Shown here: piece after piece, positions 29,087-38,683 of the stretch | How positions within the stretch are numbered: position 1 is the stretch's first letter | Layout: the number at the start of each line of letters is the position of its first letter | Assembly (NCBI GenBank): GCA_046583355.1 | Contig: JAYGCM010000057.1 | Coordinates: 1 to 64,000 of the forward strand | Direction of reading: 5' to 3' | Origin: Deltaproteobacteria bacterium | GTDB lineage: Bacteria; Desulfobacterota; Binatia; UBA12015 | DNA: 64,000 nt | The notes under the pieces: generated by a model | The model's database searches: none | Seen by the model: the letters and a program-made list of their open reading frames with translations, nothing else | What the model was told of the DNA's origin: nothing | Program-made: the position numbers and the translations under genes

Positions 29087-29196
29087 CGGTAGAGGGCCCC
29101 GCAGGCAGGGCCGGCTGCGGGATAAATTACATCGGCCGCACGCGCTGGGCAAGAACCTCTTCGCTTCGGCAAAAACCCGCGGCAGGAAGCCCCAGG

Positions 29197-31356
29197 TTAC
29201 GGCGCGCGGAAGCGGAGCCCCTTCCAGCCCGCGAGGTTCTGCGCGCTCTCCTGCAATGGCGGCGCGTCGACCCGGAAGACAAGCTGCGTGGCGCGCCCCA
29301 TATAGGGGCTGAGATCCAGCGCAAAGGGATGCCAATGCCGGTCACCGAGGTCGTGGCGCGGATCGACTCTTCTGCGCAAAAGAACCTGGCGCTGCGCACC
29401 GTCTTCGATCTCGATGATGAAATCAAAAGGCCCCGCCGGCGGGCCGAACCATCGATCCGGGTTGATGCCCACACTGCCGGCCAGTGTCGTGCGCCCGGAG
29501 CGAAGATCGAGTGCGATCCGCACCGCCCCGATGCCCGCGCCGCTTCCAACCGGTTGCGATTGAACCGGCGCGAAGGGCCAGCTGCGCATCGCAAAAAGAT
29601 CCGAAACAAGCGGCTGCGCGCCCAAGCGCGCCACAGCCGGCTCGGCGCTGCGCTCCAACGCCACCAGAATCGGACCATAGAGTTCGCGCGAAAACGTGCG
29701 ACGAATCTCGAAATTCTCGACCAGATAGCGGTAGAGGTCCGGTGCCGTCGCCGCGAAGCTGCCCAGATGGCCCCATTGCGAGATACTGAAAACCAGATGG
29801 TCGACGCCGCGGCGCTCGATATCGGCGATGATCGTCGCATCGCGGTCGCCTCCCTGCATCGGCCAGATCACATGAAAACCACCCACGGTCTCCCGCTGGG
29901 CCAAAAAGGCGATTGCAGGCTGCGTAGGCAAAACCGGCAACGGCACGCCCGGCGCAACCGTCTCGGCCTGCCATTCGAGCACCTCGGCCACCAGCGGGCC
30001 GTTGAGCCGATCCGCAAAGATGAAGCCGCGCGGGCCGCCCAGAGGGTAGTCGAAAACACGCCTCATATCGATCATCATGGCGATCGCGGCGGTGCTGATG
30101 GCGACAATCGTCAAAATCAAAAATACGCGTAGCGCGCGGCCGACCAACGGCGGCGCCTTCTCCAGGAAGCGTTCCACGAGCATCGCCAGCGCGAGCAGAA
30201 TCGGTGGGAAGATCATCATCAGATGCACCCAATCGCGCGGCTTGTTGAAGGCAGCGAGGAATCCGATCGCCAGCGTCAAAACCACCAACTGCCCACGCAA
30301 GCGCGGGGCCAGGACCGGCCCGCGCTCGTGACGGAACCGGGACGCGGTCGCCACGACCGCCACTGCGGTGATCGCCAGCGGCGACCAATACAGAAGCTTG
30401 AGCGCCATATCGACCAGCGGCGTCGCTGTATAAAGAGTGCTCGTACCGATGCCTGATACCAAGCAGCCTGCGCAACTCTTCCACCATAATGTCGCAGGGA
30501 GAGAGGGGAAATAGCTGCCGATCTGCTGGCGCAATGCCGCGTCCTGCGTGAAGAAGGGACGAATATCGGGCAGGCGCGTGTAGTCGAATTCGCTCATCAC
30601 CGAGAAGGGAAAAACGACGGTCTGCTGGATCATCGCCGGCAAGGCCCCGTGCCAGGCGAAAAAGGCCGCTACCGGGAGCACCACGGCAAAAGCGCCGAGC
30701 GTGACCTGCGCGGCCGGCAGAAGTGCTGCGCCGAGGCGCGGGCGCCGGGTGCCAGCCACCCAGGGCAGCAAAAGGAAAAGCAGACCGAAGGCAATCGAGA
30801 CCATCGCGCCATAATCCTGCTTGGCGGCGATCGCCAAGCCGAGAAAGACACCGCCCAGGAGGCGCAGCCGAGCAGACGCGCGACGCAGGCTCGCGGCAAG
30901 CACCGCCGCCGCAACCAGCGCGAGGGAAGCCGCGACCAAGGAGTAGCTGTAGAATTGCCAATGCGGAAAGGCCCAGACGCGGTAGCAGAGGATCAGCCAG
31001 ACGAAGACCAGCGCATGCGTGCGCCGTAGCACTTCCCTACTCAAACAATAAAATGAGGATGCGTAGAGCGCAAAGAACAACATCGCCAGCAGACGTGAGC
31101 TGAAAACCGAGGTCCCGACGAGGCGAAACCATTTCGCCAGCAACTCAAAGGCCAGCGGGAAGGGCGCATCGACGACGACATCGCGGTACAGAACCCGGCC
31201 GCGGTTGATATCGTCGGCGATCTGCAGGACATAGCCCTCGTCGAGAAGCGCCAGCCAGCGGTCGAAGATCGGCAACTGAAATACGATGGCGGCCAGGAAG
31301 GTCGCGCCCACCATCCACCAATCCCGGCCATCCCACTCGCCGGCCTTGCCCGTCAT
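29197..31356 (-). CDS. ArnT/PMT-like (GT-C fold) membrane glycosyltransferase with C-terminal soluble domain
   Basis: LLDEGY..G.VLYRD..PL, GLAIAAKQDYG, many TMs; AGGAG RBS before MTGK. Confidence 0.7.
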   Translation of the reverse strand: MTGKAGEWDGRDWWMVGATFLAAIVFQLPIFDRWLALLDEGYVLQIADDINRGRVLYRDVVVDAPFPLAFELLAKWFRLVGTSVFSSRLLAMLFFALYASSFYCLSREVLRRTHALVFVWLILCYRVWAFPHWQFYSYSLVAASLALVAAAVLAASLRRASARLRLLGGVFLGLAIAAKQDYGAMVSIAFGLLFLLLPWVAGTRRPRLGAALLPAAQVTLGAFAVVLPVAAFFAWHGALPAMIQQTVVFPFSVMSEFDYTRLPDIRPFFTQDAALRQQIGSYFPSLPATLWWKSCAGCLVSGIGTSTLYTATPLVDMALKLLYWSPLAITAVAVVATASRFRHERGPVLAPRLRGQLVVLTLAIGFLAAFNKPRDWVHLMMIFPPILLALAMLVERFLEKAPPLVGRALRVFLILTIVAISTAAIAMMIDMRRVFDYPLGGPRGFIFADRLNGPLVAEVLEWQAETVAPGVPLPVLPTQPAIAFLAQRETVGGFHVIWPMQGGDRDATIIADIERRGVDHLVFSISQWGHLGSFAATAPDLYRYLVENFEIRRTFSRELYGPILVALERSAEPAVARLGAQPLVSDLFAMRSWPFAPVQSQPVGSGAGIGAVRIALDLRSGRTTLAGSVGINPDRWFGPPAGPFDFIIEIEDGAQRQVLLRRRVDPRHDLGDRHWHPFALDLSPYMGRATQLVFRVDAPPLQESAQNLAGWKGLRFRAP

Positions 31357-31407
31357 CTGCATGGACTCCTCGTTTGCGTGAAAGCGGCCCGATGGCAAGC
31401 CTGACCT

Positions 31408-32373
31408 CTAGTCGACTTGGTTCGGTGGCGTCTGCTGGCGCAGGGCCGCCACGATATTGGCGACAGCCATCGCGACGACATCGCGGCGGTCTTCCTCGGT
31501 CGCGCTGCCGAGATGCGGCAGCAGGACGGCGTTGGGCAGAGCCAGAAGCCCCGGATGGACCGCAGGCTCGTTTTCAAAGACGTCGAGACCGGCGGCGAAA
31601 ATCGAGCCCGTCTCCAAGGCCCGCACCAGCGCTGCTTCGTCGATCACCGGGCCACGTGCGACATTCACCAGAACCGCGCTGGACTTCATCAGGGAGAGCC
31701 TGCGCGCATCGATGAGGTGTCGCGTCTCCTTCAGCAGCGGCACGCTGAGAACGACAAAATCGGCGTGCGCCAGGCCCTCGTCGAGCTCGACACGGCGGGC
31801 CGAGATGGGGGCCGACTCCAGCTCCGGCTTGTCACTGCGCGCGACATAAAGAACCTCCATATCCCAGCCCAATGCACGTCGTGCGACCGCACTACCGATC
31901 CGCCCGGCGCCGACGATGAGCAGCGTCGCACCGACCACCCGGTGGCCGAGCAACAAGGTCGGGGAAAAACCCTTCCACTCGCCCGAGCGTAGCAGTGCCG
32001 CCCCTTCGGTGAGGCGGCGCGCCGCCGCCAGCAGCAGGAGCCAGGCCATATCGGCGGTCGGCTCGCGCACGGGATCGGGCGTATTGGTGACCAGCACGCC
32101 ACGGCGCCGTGCCTCGGCCAGGTCGATATTATCGACCCCGACCGCCGTATTCGCGACCACCCGCAGCCTCGGCCCGGCGGCCGCGAAGAATTCGGCATCG
32201 ACACGATCGCCACCAAAGCTCAGCACGGCATCGACACCCACGACCATCGCCAGCAGATCCGCGCGCGTAAGCGGCCGACCGTGCGTGGTGCGGCGCAACT
32301 CCACGCCGGGCAAGGCGTCCGCAAGGAGCGCGCCCGGGTCGACGATATACTCGGCCGTAAGAGCGACGATCAC
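31408..32373 (-). CDS. D-2-hydroxyacid dehydrogenase (glyoxylate reductase-like)
   Basis: AVGVDNID, GAGRIG, NVARG, GLDVFENEP, PHLGSAT. Confidence 0.93.
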   Translation of the reverse strand: MIVALTAEYIVDPGALLADALPGVELRRTTHGRPLTRADLLAMVVGVDAVLSFGGDRVDAEFFAAAGPRLRVVANTAVGVDNIDLAEARRRGVLVTNTPDPVREPTADMAWLLLLAAARRLTEGAALLRSGEWKGFSPTLLLGHRVVGATLLIVGAGRIGSAVARRALGWDMEVLYVARSDKPELESAPISARRVELDEGLAHADFVVLSVPLLKETRHLIDARRLSLMKSSAVLVNVARGPVIDEAALVRALETGSIFAAGLDVFENEPAVHPGLLALPNAVLLPHLGSATEEDRRDVVAMAVANIVAALRQQTPPNQVD

Positions 32374-33155
32374 CAGAGTTGGTCGGCGTAGGTATCGGTG
32401 CCGGGTACCGTCGGCAGCCAGGGGGAAGCAAAGACGACTTTTGCCAGGCCGCTCGCCTCGAGGTCAGCCGCGTAGCTGCGGAAGCGTTGCCACGAGTCGG
32501 CCGCCGGCGTGTCGACGAAGAAGATCTGCATATCGAGGCAATCCGTTCGCTCGACCTTGGGGATCATCATCGGGGCCGAGGCCTGCTTGATCGGCGACCA
32601 GACCGAACATTGGGCCACCGGCGAGCCCTCAAAGAAGCCGGGCAGATAATCCATCATCCATTTGTCGAGTTCGGCCTGCGCGACCCCATCATGGCGCTCG
32701 ACTGCGAGCGTCACCAACCCGGCGAAGCGATGGTCGAGGGCCAACTCGATCGGCACTGGGTCGTCATCGCGGTAGAAGGTCCAATCATGCGTGTAGAGCA
32801 AGGTATGGACGTGCGTGCGCTCGTTGAAGCCGCGGTTGTTCTCGTAGAGCGTGAAGGCCTGTTTATGGCTCCACGCATTCCACTCGTCATGCTTGCCGGC
32901 GGTAACCCAATACATCGCGAGGTAAGAGCCGTCGCGAACGCTGGGCTGTGCGAGAGTACTCGGCTCAGGGAAACGCAGATCTTTGATCGCGCCCGTGGAA
33001 ACCCAGCGGCTGCCAGCGAGCAAATGCGGGCCCTGTAGGCAGCCGCCATAGAAATGATCGCGCTCGTACCAGCGATTGTACTCCACCTCTTTGCCCTTAT
33101 GAGGGTCAACAACGGTGAAGAGCATGCTTCCAACGCGAACCGGGTATTCCTTCAT
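32370..33155 (-). CDS. Conserved hypothetical protein (EthD/dimeric-barrel-like)
   Basis: Coding-like composition; YNRWYERDH motif; overlaps the downstream dehydrogenase start. Confidence 0.7.
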   Translation of the reverse strand: MKEYPVRVGSMLFTVVDPHKGKEVEYNRWYERDHFYGGCLQGPHLLAGSRWVSTGAIKDLRFPEPSTLAQPSVRDGSYLAMYWVTAGKHDEWNAWSHKQAFTLYENNRGFNERTHVHTLLYTHDWTFYRDDDPVPIELALDHRFAGLVTLAVERHDGVAQAELDKWMMDYLPGFFEGSPVAQCSVWSPIKQASAPMMIPKVERTDCLDMQIFFVDTPAADSWQRFRSYAADLEASGLAKVVFASPWLPTVPGTDTYADQLW

Positions 33156-33271
33156 GACGGATAGTCTCCCTTGCGACAAAGTCTATGCGTACGGCCGCCC
33201 CTCTGCTTTGCACGACTGGCGGCGGAGGCCAAGTTGCGAAAAGCGGGCCCATCGGTCACCGCAAGGCTCGT

Positions 33272-33985
33272 TCAGGCAGAAGGTTCGTCGGCAACACCGG
33301 CCTCGGCGATGGCACGCGAAGCGAGGCGGGCCACGAAAATGGTTACGGCGAGCGTGGCCGCCGCACCGACGATATTGATCAGCGTGCGGGCCGAGTCGCC
33401 GCCGGTCGCAGCCCCGGCGGCGGCCATGCCGAGATAGACGTAGGCGAAAGTCCCCGGAATCATGCCAACGATAGAGGCCGCGACATATGGCAGCGTCGCC
33501 ACGCCGGTCAGGCCAAAGGCATAATTCAGCCAGGTGAAGGGAAAGATCGGCGAGAGGCGAACGAGCAGGACGATCCGGGCGCCCTGCGCCGCGATGGCGC
33601 GGTCGAGCGCGAGAAAGCGCGCATTGCCAGCCGTCATCTCTTCGATACGCGAGCGCAAAAAAGTCCTGGCGAGCAGAAAGGAGAGCGTCGCGCCCAGGCT
33701 CGCCCCCACCAGCACCACGCCGACACCGACGCCGAGGCCGTAGACCGCACCTGCACCCAGCGTGAGAACGGAGGCCGGCACGAAGAAGACCACGCAGATG
33801 GCGTAGACCAGCGCGTAAACACCCCAGCCCAACGCACCGAGGCCACGCACCCATTGCTGGAAGGCGGCGAGCCACTCGGCCACCGGCAGTAGCCAGGAGG
33901 CCAAGACCAGCGCCGCGACCACGGCCAGCGCGCCAAGCCAGAGTCCGATACGGGACGAAGATTGCGCGATTTTCGGCTCTTCCAT
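33272..33985 (-). CDS. TVP38/TMEM64 (DedA/SNARE-associated) membrane protein
   Basis: PASVLTLGAGAVYG, GATLSFLLAR, RLSPIFPF..NYAFG. Confidence 0.92.
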   Translation of the reverse strand: MEEPKIAQSSSRIGLWLGALAVVAALVLASWLLPVAEWLAAFQQWVRGLGALGWGVYALVYAICVVFFVPASVLTLGAGAVYGLGVGVGVVLVGASLGATLSFLLARTFLRSRIEEMTAGNARFLALDRAIAAQGARIVLLVRLSPIFPFTWLNYAFGLTGVATLPYVAASIVGMIPGTFAYVYLGMAAAGAATGGDSARTLINIVGAAATLAVTIFVARLASRAIAEAGVADEPSA

Positions 33986-34030
33986 CCGCCACCGCTACCA
34001 CGGCCGACATCGGTCAGATAGGAATATGCC

Positions 34031-34957
34031 ATGGAGAAGATCCTGATCACGGGGATCGCGGGCGGCCTCGGCCGCCTGATCGCCGAGCGCCTCCTTGGCA
34101 GCGCCCGGCTGGTCGGCATCGACCACACCCCTTGGGTTGGCCATCCGCCGGAGATCAGCATCATCACGGCCGACCTGCGCAAACGGAAGGTCGAGGATGT
34201 TTTTCGCCGCGAACGCCCGGATGTAGTGGTTCATCTGGGCCTGGAGCGCCACAGTTTTGACGCCGGCTTGCGCCACGATGTGAACGTAATCGGCACCAAG
34301 CGATTGCTGGAATTCTGCGCTGCCTACGGCACCGCACGGGTCGTCATTCTCACCAGCTCCTACGTCTACGGTGCGCTCGCCGAGAATCCCTTTTATATGG
34401 ACGAAGAAACCAGCCTCAATGTGAGCCGCCACTACCCGGAGATCCGCGACCTCGCCGAGGTCGACGCCCTCGCGACGAATTTCCTCTGGCGCTACCCCGA
34501 GATCGCCACCGCCGTCCTGCGCCCGGTCAGCACGCTCGGCCGTCATATGCGCAGCTCGCTAGCGACCTATCTCCGGCTCAGCGTCTCGCCCATGGTGATG
34601 GGCTTCGACCCGCTGATGCAATTCATCCACGAAGACGATCTCGCGGAGTCCATCATCCAGGCCATCGCGGCCGGCCTGCGCGGCGTGTTCAATATCGTCG
34701 GGCCGGGTGCCGTGCCGATCTCCACCGCAATCCGCGAAAGTGGCGGCACGGCCCTCGCCCTGCCCGAGACGGCCACTCGCTTCTTCCTCCAACGGCTCTT
34801 TGCTTGGGGGCTCTTTCCGCTACCGGCCGATGCCGTCGATTTCATCAAATTCCCCTGCACGATCGATGGTCGGCGCTTCCAGCATGCCACCGGCATGAGG
34901 CCCGCGCGCAGCCTCGACCAGGCTTTTGGCTGCGTGCGCCAACGGGACGCCGCCTAG
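34031..34957 (+). CDS. NAD-dependent epimerase/dehydratase (extended SDR)
   Basis: ITGIAGGLG, NVIGT, SSYVYGA, GFDPLMQFIHEDD. Confidence 0.88.
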   Translation: MEKILITGIAGGLGRLIAERLLGSARLVGIDHTPWVGHPPEISIITADLRKRKVEDVFRRERPDVVVHLGLERHSFDAGLRHDVNVIGTKRLLEFCAAYGTARVVILTSSYVYGALAENPFYMDEETSLNVSRHYPEIRDLAEVDALATNFLWRYPEIATAVLRPVSTLGRHMRSSLATYLRLSVSPMVMGFDPLMQFIHEDDLAESIIQAIAAGLRGVFNIVGPGAVPISTAIRESGGTALALPETATRFFLQRLFAWGLFPLPADAVDFIKFPCTIDGRRFQHATGMRPARSLDQAFGCVRQRDAA

Positions 34958-34958
34958 G

Positions 34959-35945
34959 GTGGCGCGTATCCACGGAATTCCTGCTGCGGGCAGGCGGCAG
35001 CGTCCGGGCGCCACCGGCACGCGGCAGCGGAGCGCCGGCCGCCGCCAGCGCCTGCCGCCACAGCCGCCGACCAGCCTGCTGGCCGGCCTGAGCGACCTCG
35101 GTTGGGATGTCAGCGCGGCAGCTTTCGATCGTCTGGCGCCGGCCGTCCTGCGCGAACTCGACGCCGAAATCGCCGAGCGCATCGGCGAGGCACCGCTCGC
35201 CACCAACGATTACGGCTTCGACCCCTGGGGCTTCGAGGGCGATACGGCCCGGCGCTGCTTTCTCCTCTGCGGCCTGCTCTATCGCTACTACTTCCGGGTC
35301 CAGACCCGCGGCATCGAGAACCTACCCGCCGGGCGTGTCCTGCTGATCGGCAACCACGCCGGCCAGATCGCGCTCGACGCGGCCATGATCGCCACCGCCG
35401 GATTGCTCGAAGCCCACCCGCCACGCATCATCCGCGGAATGGGCGAGTTCTGGCTCCCGCGCCTGCCCTGGATCAATATCCTCATGGTGCGCTTCGGCAG
35501 TGTCGTCGGCACGCGCAAGAATTGCGTCGATCTGCTCGAGCATGGCGAGGCCGTCATCGCCTTCCCCGAGGGCGTACGCGGCATGAATAAGGCCTTCGTC
35601 CAACGCTACCAATTGCAGGAATTCGGCCTCGGCTTCCTGCGCCTGGCGCTCCAAACAGGCACACCGATTGTCCCGGTGGCTACCGTTGGCTCGGAAGAAC
35701 AGGTGCCCTCATTGGGCGATTTCAAGCCACTCGCCAACCTCCTGGGTATGCCGGCCTTCCCCCTGGTACTGGCGCCCCTGCCTCTGCCGGTGCGCTACCA
35801 TGTCGAATTCGGCGAGCCGATGATCTTCGAGGGCGACCCCAACGACGAAGACCATATCATCCGCGCCAAGGTCGACACCGTAAAGGCGCGCCTCAACGCG
35901 ATGCTCCGCGACGGTCTCGCGCGCCGCACCAGCATCTTCGGCTGA
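34959..35945 (+). CDS. Lysophospholipid/glycerol acyltransferase (PlsC-like)
   Basis: GNHAGQIALD (HX4-5D), FPEG, PIVPVA.VGSEE; GTG start 34959. Confidence 0.88.
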   Translation: MARIHGIPAAGRRQRPGATGTRQRSAGRRQRLPPQPPTSLLAGLSDLGWDVSAAAFDRLAPAVLRELDAEIAERIGEAPLATNDYGFDPWGFEGDTARRCFLLCGLLYRYYFRVQTRGIENLPAGRVLLIGNHAGQIALDAAMIATAGLLEAHPPRIIRGMGEFWLPRLPWINILMVRFGSVVGTRKNCVDLLEHGEAVIAFPEGVRGMNKAFVQRYQLQEFGLGFLRLALQTGTPIVPVATVGSEEQVPSLGDFKPLANLLGMPAFPLVLAPLPLPVRYHVEFGEPMIFEGDPNDEDHIIRAKVDTVKARLNAMLRDGLARRTSIFG

Positions 35946-36109
35946 TCGACACCGCCCAGCCGCTTACCTTCCCCTATTTCGAATTTGCAACCACCGCCCG
36001 GCCTCGGTACTTTGCGGTGTCTCCTTCAGGCGAAGGATGACTCTGGTGGTGGGGACGCCACACAAGGCCGGCCAAAGGCCTGCTTGACGTCCCAAGTGGG
36101 GAGAAGAGG

Positions 36110-37570
36110 ATGGCAGGGCAACCAGGCTACGAGAGACTCTCAAGGCTCGACGCGGCGTTTCTTTCTTTTGAGACAGCGAATGCGCCGATGCATGTGGCGC
36201 TCACGCTCGTCTTTCAAAAGGGTCCGCTCGGGCGCGCCGGCGGCGGCGTCGATGTCGCCAGGATCCGTCGCCATGTGGGCGCGCGACTCTCGCGCGTACC
36301 GCGCTACCGCCAGAAGATTCAGAAGGCGCGGCTCACCGGCGATTTCCTCTGGGTCGATGACCAGCATTTCGACCTCGACTACCACGTACGCCACACCTCC
36401 TTGCCGCAGCCGGGCAGCGATATCGAACTCAAAGAGCGCTGCGCGGAAATCCTCGAGCGACCGCTGAACCGGGCGCACCCACTCTGGGAAGCCTGGATCA
36501 TCGAAGGTATAAGCGACGGCCGTTTTGCCCTGCTCTGCAAGGTGCACCATTGCATGGTCGACGGCGTCGGCGGCATGGCCCTGCTGCAGGCCCTGCTCTC
36601 GGTCGACCCGGTGGAGCCCTCCGGCGTAATCGACGGCTGGCAGCCGCGCCCGGCACCCAGCGAAAGCGAATTGCTCGCCAGCGCGGTGAAACGCCGCCAG
36701 CGCCTGATCGCCGGAGCGCGCGACACGCTGATGGCCGCCGCGGCCGACCCGCAGAAGGCCCGCGAGTCCTTTGTAGAAGGCGCCACTGCCTTACTCGAAT
36801 TCGCCCGTCGCGGCCTCAAGCTGCCCGAAACCGTCAGCTTCAACCAGCCCATCGGGCCCAACCGGCGCGTCGAGTGGCTTGCGCTCGATCTGGCACAGAC
36901 CAAATCCATCGGCACGCGCCTGGCAGCAACCGTCAACGACGTCGCCTTGGCGACCATCGCCGGCGGTTTCCGCCGTTTCCTCGAAGGGCGCGGGCAACTC
37001 GGCGGCGCCACCAGCCTGCGCACCGTGGTTCCCGTCAACCTGCGCCCCCCCGGCGAAGAGGCCAGCCTCGGCAATCAGGCCTCGTGCTGGATGATCGACC
37101 TCCCCGTTGACCAGATCGACCCACGCGAAACCCTGCGGCGCATCCACGCCCAGACCGTCGTGCATAAGAGCCAGCATTCCGCGCGCGGCGGCGAGCTCCT
37201 GACCAGCGCCGCCGAATGGGCCAATGCCGACATCATGCATACGGTGATCCGCGCACTCAGCTCGGCGCATCCCTACAATCTGATCATCACCAACGTGCCC
37301 GGCCCGCCAACACCGCTCTACCTCGCGGGCGCACCGATGCTGACCGCGCATCCGCACCTACCGCTCTTCGAATCGCAGGGCATCGGGTTGGCGATTTTCC
37401 GCTATGTAGATCAGCTGCATATCGGGCTCGTGGGCGACCGCGACCAGATGCCCGATATCGGCGAGCTACGCTACGCGATCGACTACAGCTTCAAGGCATT
37501 GGTCGCAGCGGCCGAAGCCGCTGCTCCGGCAAAGAAGCAGGCCATGGCCGCGGGTAGCGGCGGCCACTGA
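36110..37570 (+). CDS. Wax ester synthase/diacylglycerol acyltransferase (WS/DGAT)
   Basis: RLSRLDAAFL, PMHV, HHCMVDG active site, TVNDV, TNVPGP. Confidence 0.95.
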   Translation: MAGQPGYERLSRLDAAFLSFETANAPMHVALTLVFQKGPLGRAGGGVDVARIRRHVGARLSRVPRYRQKIQKARLTGDFLWVDDQHFDLDYHVRHTSLPQPGSDIELKERCAEILERPLNRAHPLWEAWIIEGISDGRFALLCKVHHCMVDGVGGMALLQALLSVDPVEPSGVIDGWQPRPAPSESELLASAVKRRQRLIAGARDTLMAAAADPQKARESFVEGATALLEFARRGLKLPETVSFNQPIGPNRRVEWLALDLAQTKSIGTRLAATVNDVALATIAGGFRRFLEGRGQLGGATSLRTVVPVNLRPPGEEASLGNQASCWMIDLPVDQIDPRETLRRIHAQTVVHKSQHSARGGELLTSAAEWANADIMHTVIRALSSAHPYNLIITNVPGPPTPLYLAGAPMLTAHPHLPLFESQGIGLAIFRYVDQLHIGLVGDRDQMPDIGELRYAIDYSFKALVAAAEAAAPAKKQAMAAGSGGH

Positions 37571-37601
37571 CACAGGTGCCGCAACCAGCGCGGCGGCGCC
37601 G

Positions 37602-38573
37602 CTAAGCCGTCGCCAGAAGCCAGGTAATATAGCCCACGTACGCGGCAAGAAAGCCTATGCCTTCGCGGCGTGAGAGGCGGTGCCCCGACCAGAGAATCGG
37701 TAAACAGGCCACCGAAGCGAGCAGGAGAATCGGCAGGTCGAAGACAAGAACCGGCGCCGGCATCATCAGGCCGCCGCTCGAAATCGCCGCCGTCAGACCC
37801 AGAATCGCGAGCAGGTTCATGATATTCGAGCCGACCACATTGCCCACGGCGATATCGCTCTGGCCGCGCGAGGCGGCCACCAATGCCGTCACGAGCTCGG
37901 GCAGCGAGGTGCCGATGGCGACGATGGTGAGCGAGATCAGCAATTCGCTGACACCAAAGCTGCGCGCAATTCCCACAGCACCGTCGACGAAAATATCCGC
38001 GCCGAAGACGAGTAGAGCCAGGCCGAAGAGGATCGAGGCCGCCAGCCGGCCAAGCGAGGCCGAGTCGGCCTCAACGTCGCCGCCGAATTCTTCCTCGTAT
38101 TCCTTCTGGACAGCCTCGCTCTCGCCGCCGCTCAGAACCACCGCGGCCACCAGGTAGACGACCACCAGGACCAGCAGAAGGATGCCGTCGAGCTGCGAGA
38201 GCCGCCCGTCCCAACCCAGGGCGAGGACCAGTGCCGTCGCACCGATCATAATCGGGATATCCCACCAGATCAGCCGCTGCGCCACGCGCAAGGGCATCAG
38301 AATCGCGGCCGCACCGAGCACCACCAAGAGGTTCAGCAGGTTCGAGCCTACGACATTGCCAACCGAGACGGCCTCTTGGCCCTGCATCGCCGCGTTCAAA
38401 GAAACGGCCATCTCGGGGGCGCTGGTCCCGACGGCGACGACCGTTACGCCTACAATCAGAGGCGTGAGGCCGAGCAACCGGGCCAGCCGTGAGGCACCGC
38501 GGACCAGCGCCTCGCCGCCCACACCAAGCAAAACCAGGCCTGCGAGCAGCATAAACCAATCCCAGGCGTTCAT
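37602..38573 (-). CDS. Calcium/sodium antiporter (YrbG/CaCA family)
   Basis: Two alpha-repeats GTSAPE..GNVVGSN and GTSLPE..GNVVGSN. Confidence 0.93.
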   Translation of the reverse strand: MNAWDWFMLLAGLVLLGVGGEALVRGASRLARLLGLTPLIVGVTVVAVGTSAPEMAVSLNAAMQGQEAVSVGNVVGSNLLNLLVVLGAAAILMPLRVAQRLIWWDIPIMIGATALVLALGWDGRLSQLDGILLLVLVVVYLVAAVVLSGGESEAVQKEYEEEFGGDVEADSASLGRLAASILFGLALLVFGADIFVDGAVGIARSFGVSELLISLTIVAIGTSLPELVTALVAASRGQSDIAVGNVVGSNIMNLLAILGLTAAISSGGLMMPAPVLVFDLPILLLASVACLPILWSGHRLSRREGIGFLAAYVGYITWLLATA

Positions 38574-38683
38574 TTGGCGACTTTCTCCATCGGGGCACGG
38601 CGCAGGGCCATAAGGTTGCTACGCAAGCAGATGCCCGCTGTCGAGATTTGCGGGAGGATTCCCCGTCTGGCATCGATCTTCTT

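Noticed and set aside
36020..36105. Structured leader or riboswitch before WS/DGAT (CCTTC..GAAGG, GGGACG..CGTCCC stems)
   Set aside because: Short GC stems are expected by chance and match no riboswitch consensus I recognise; an Rfam/Infernal search would be needed.
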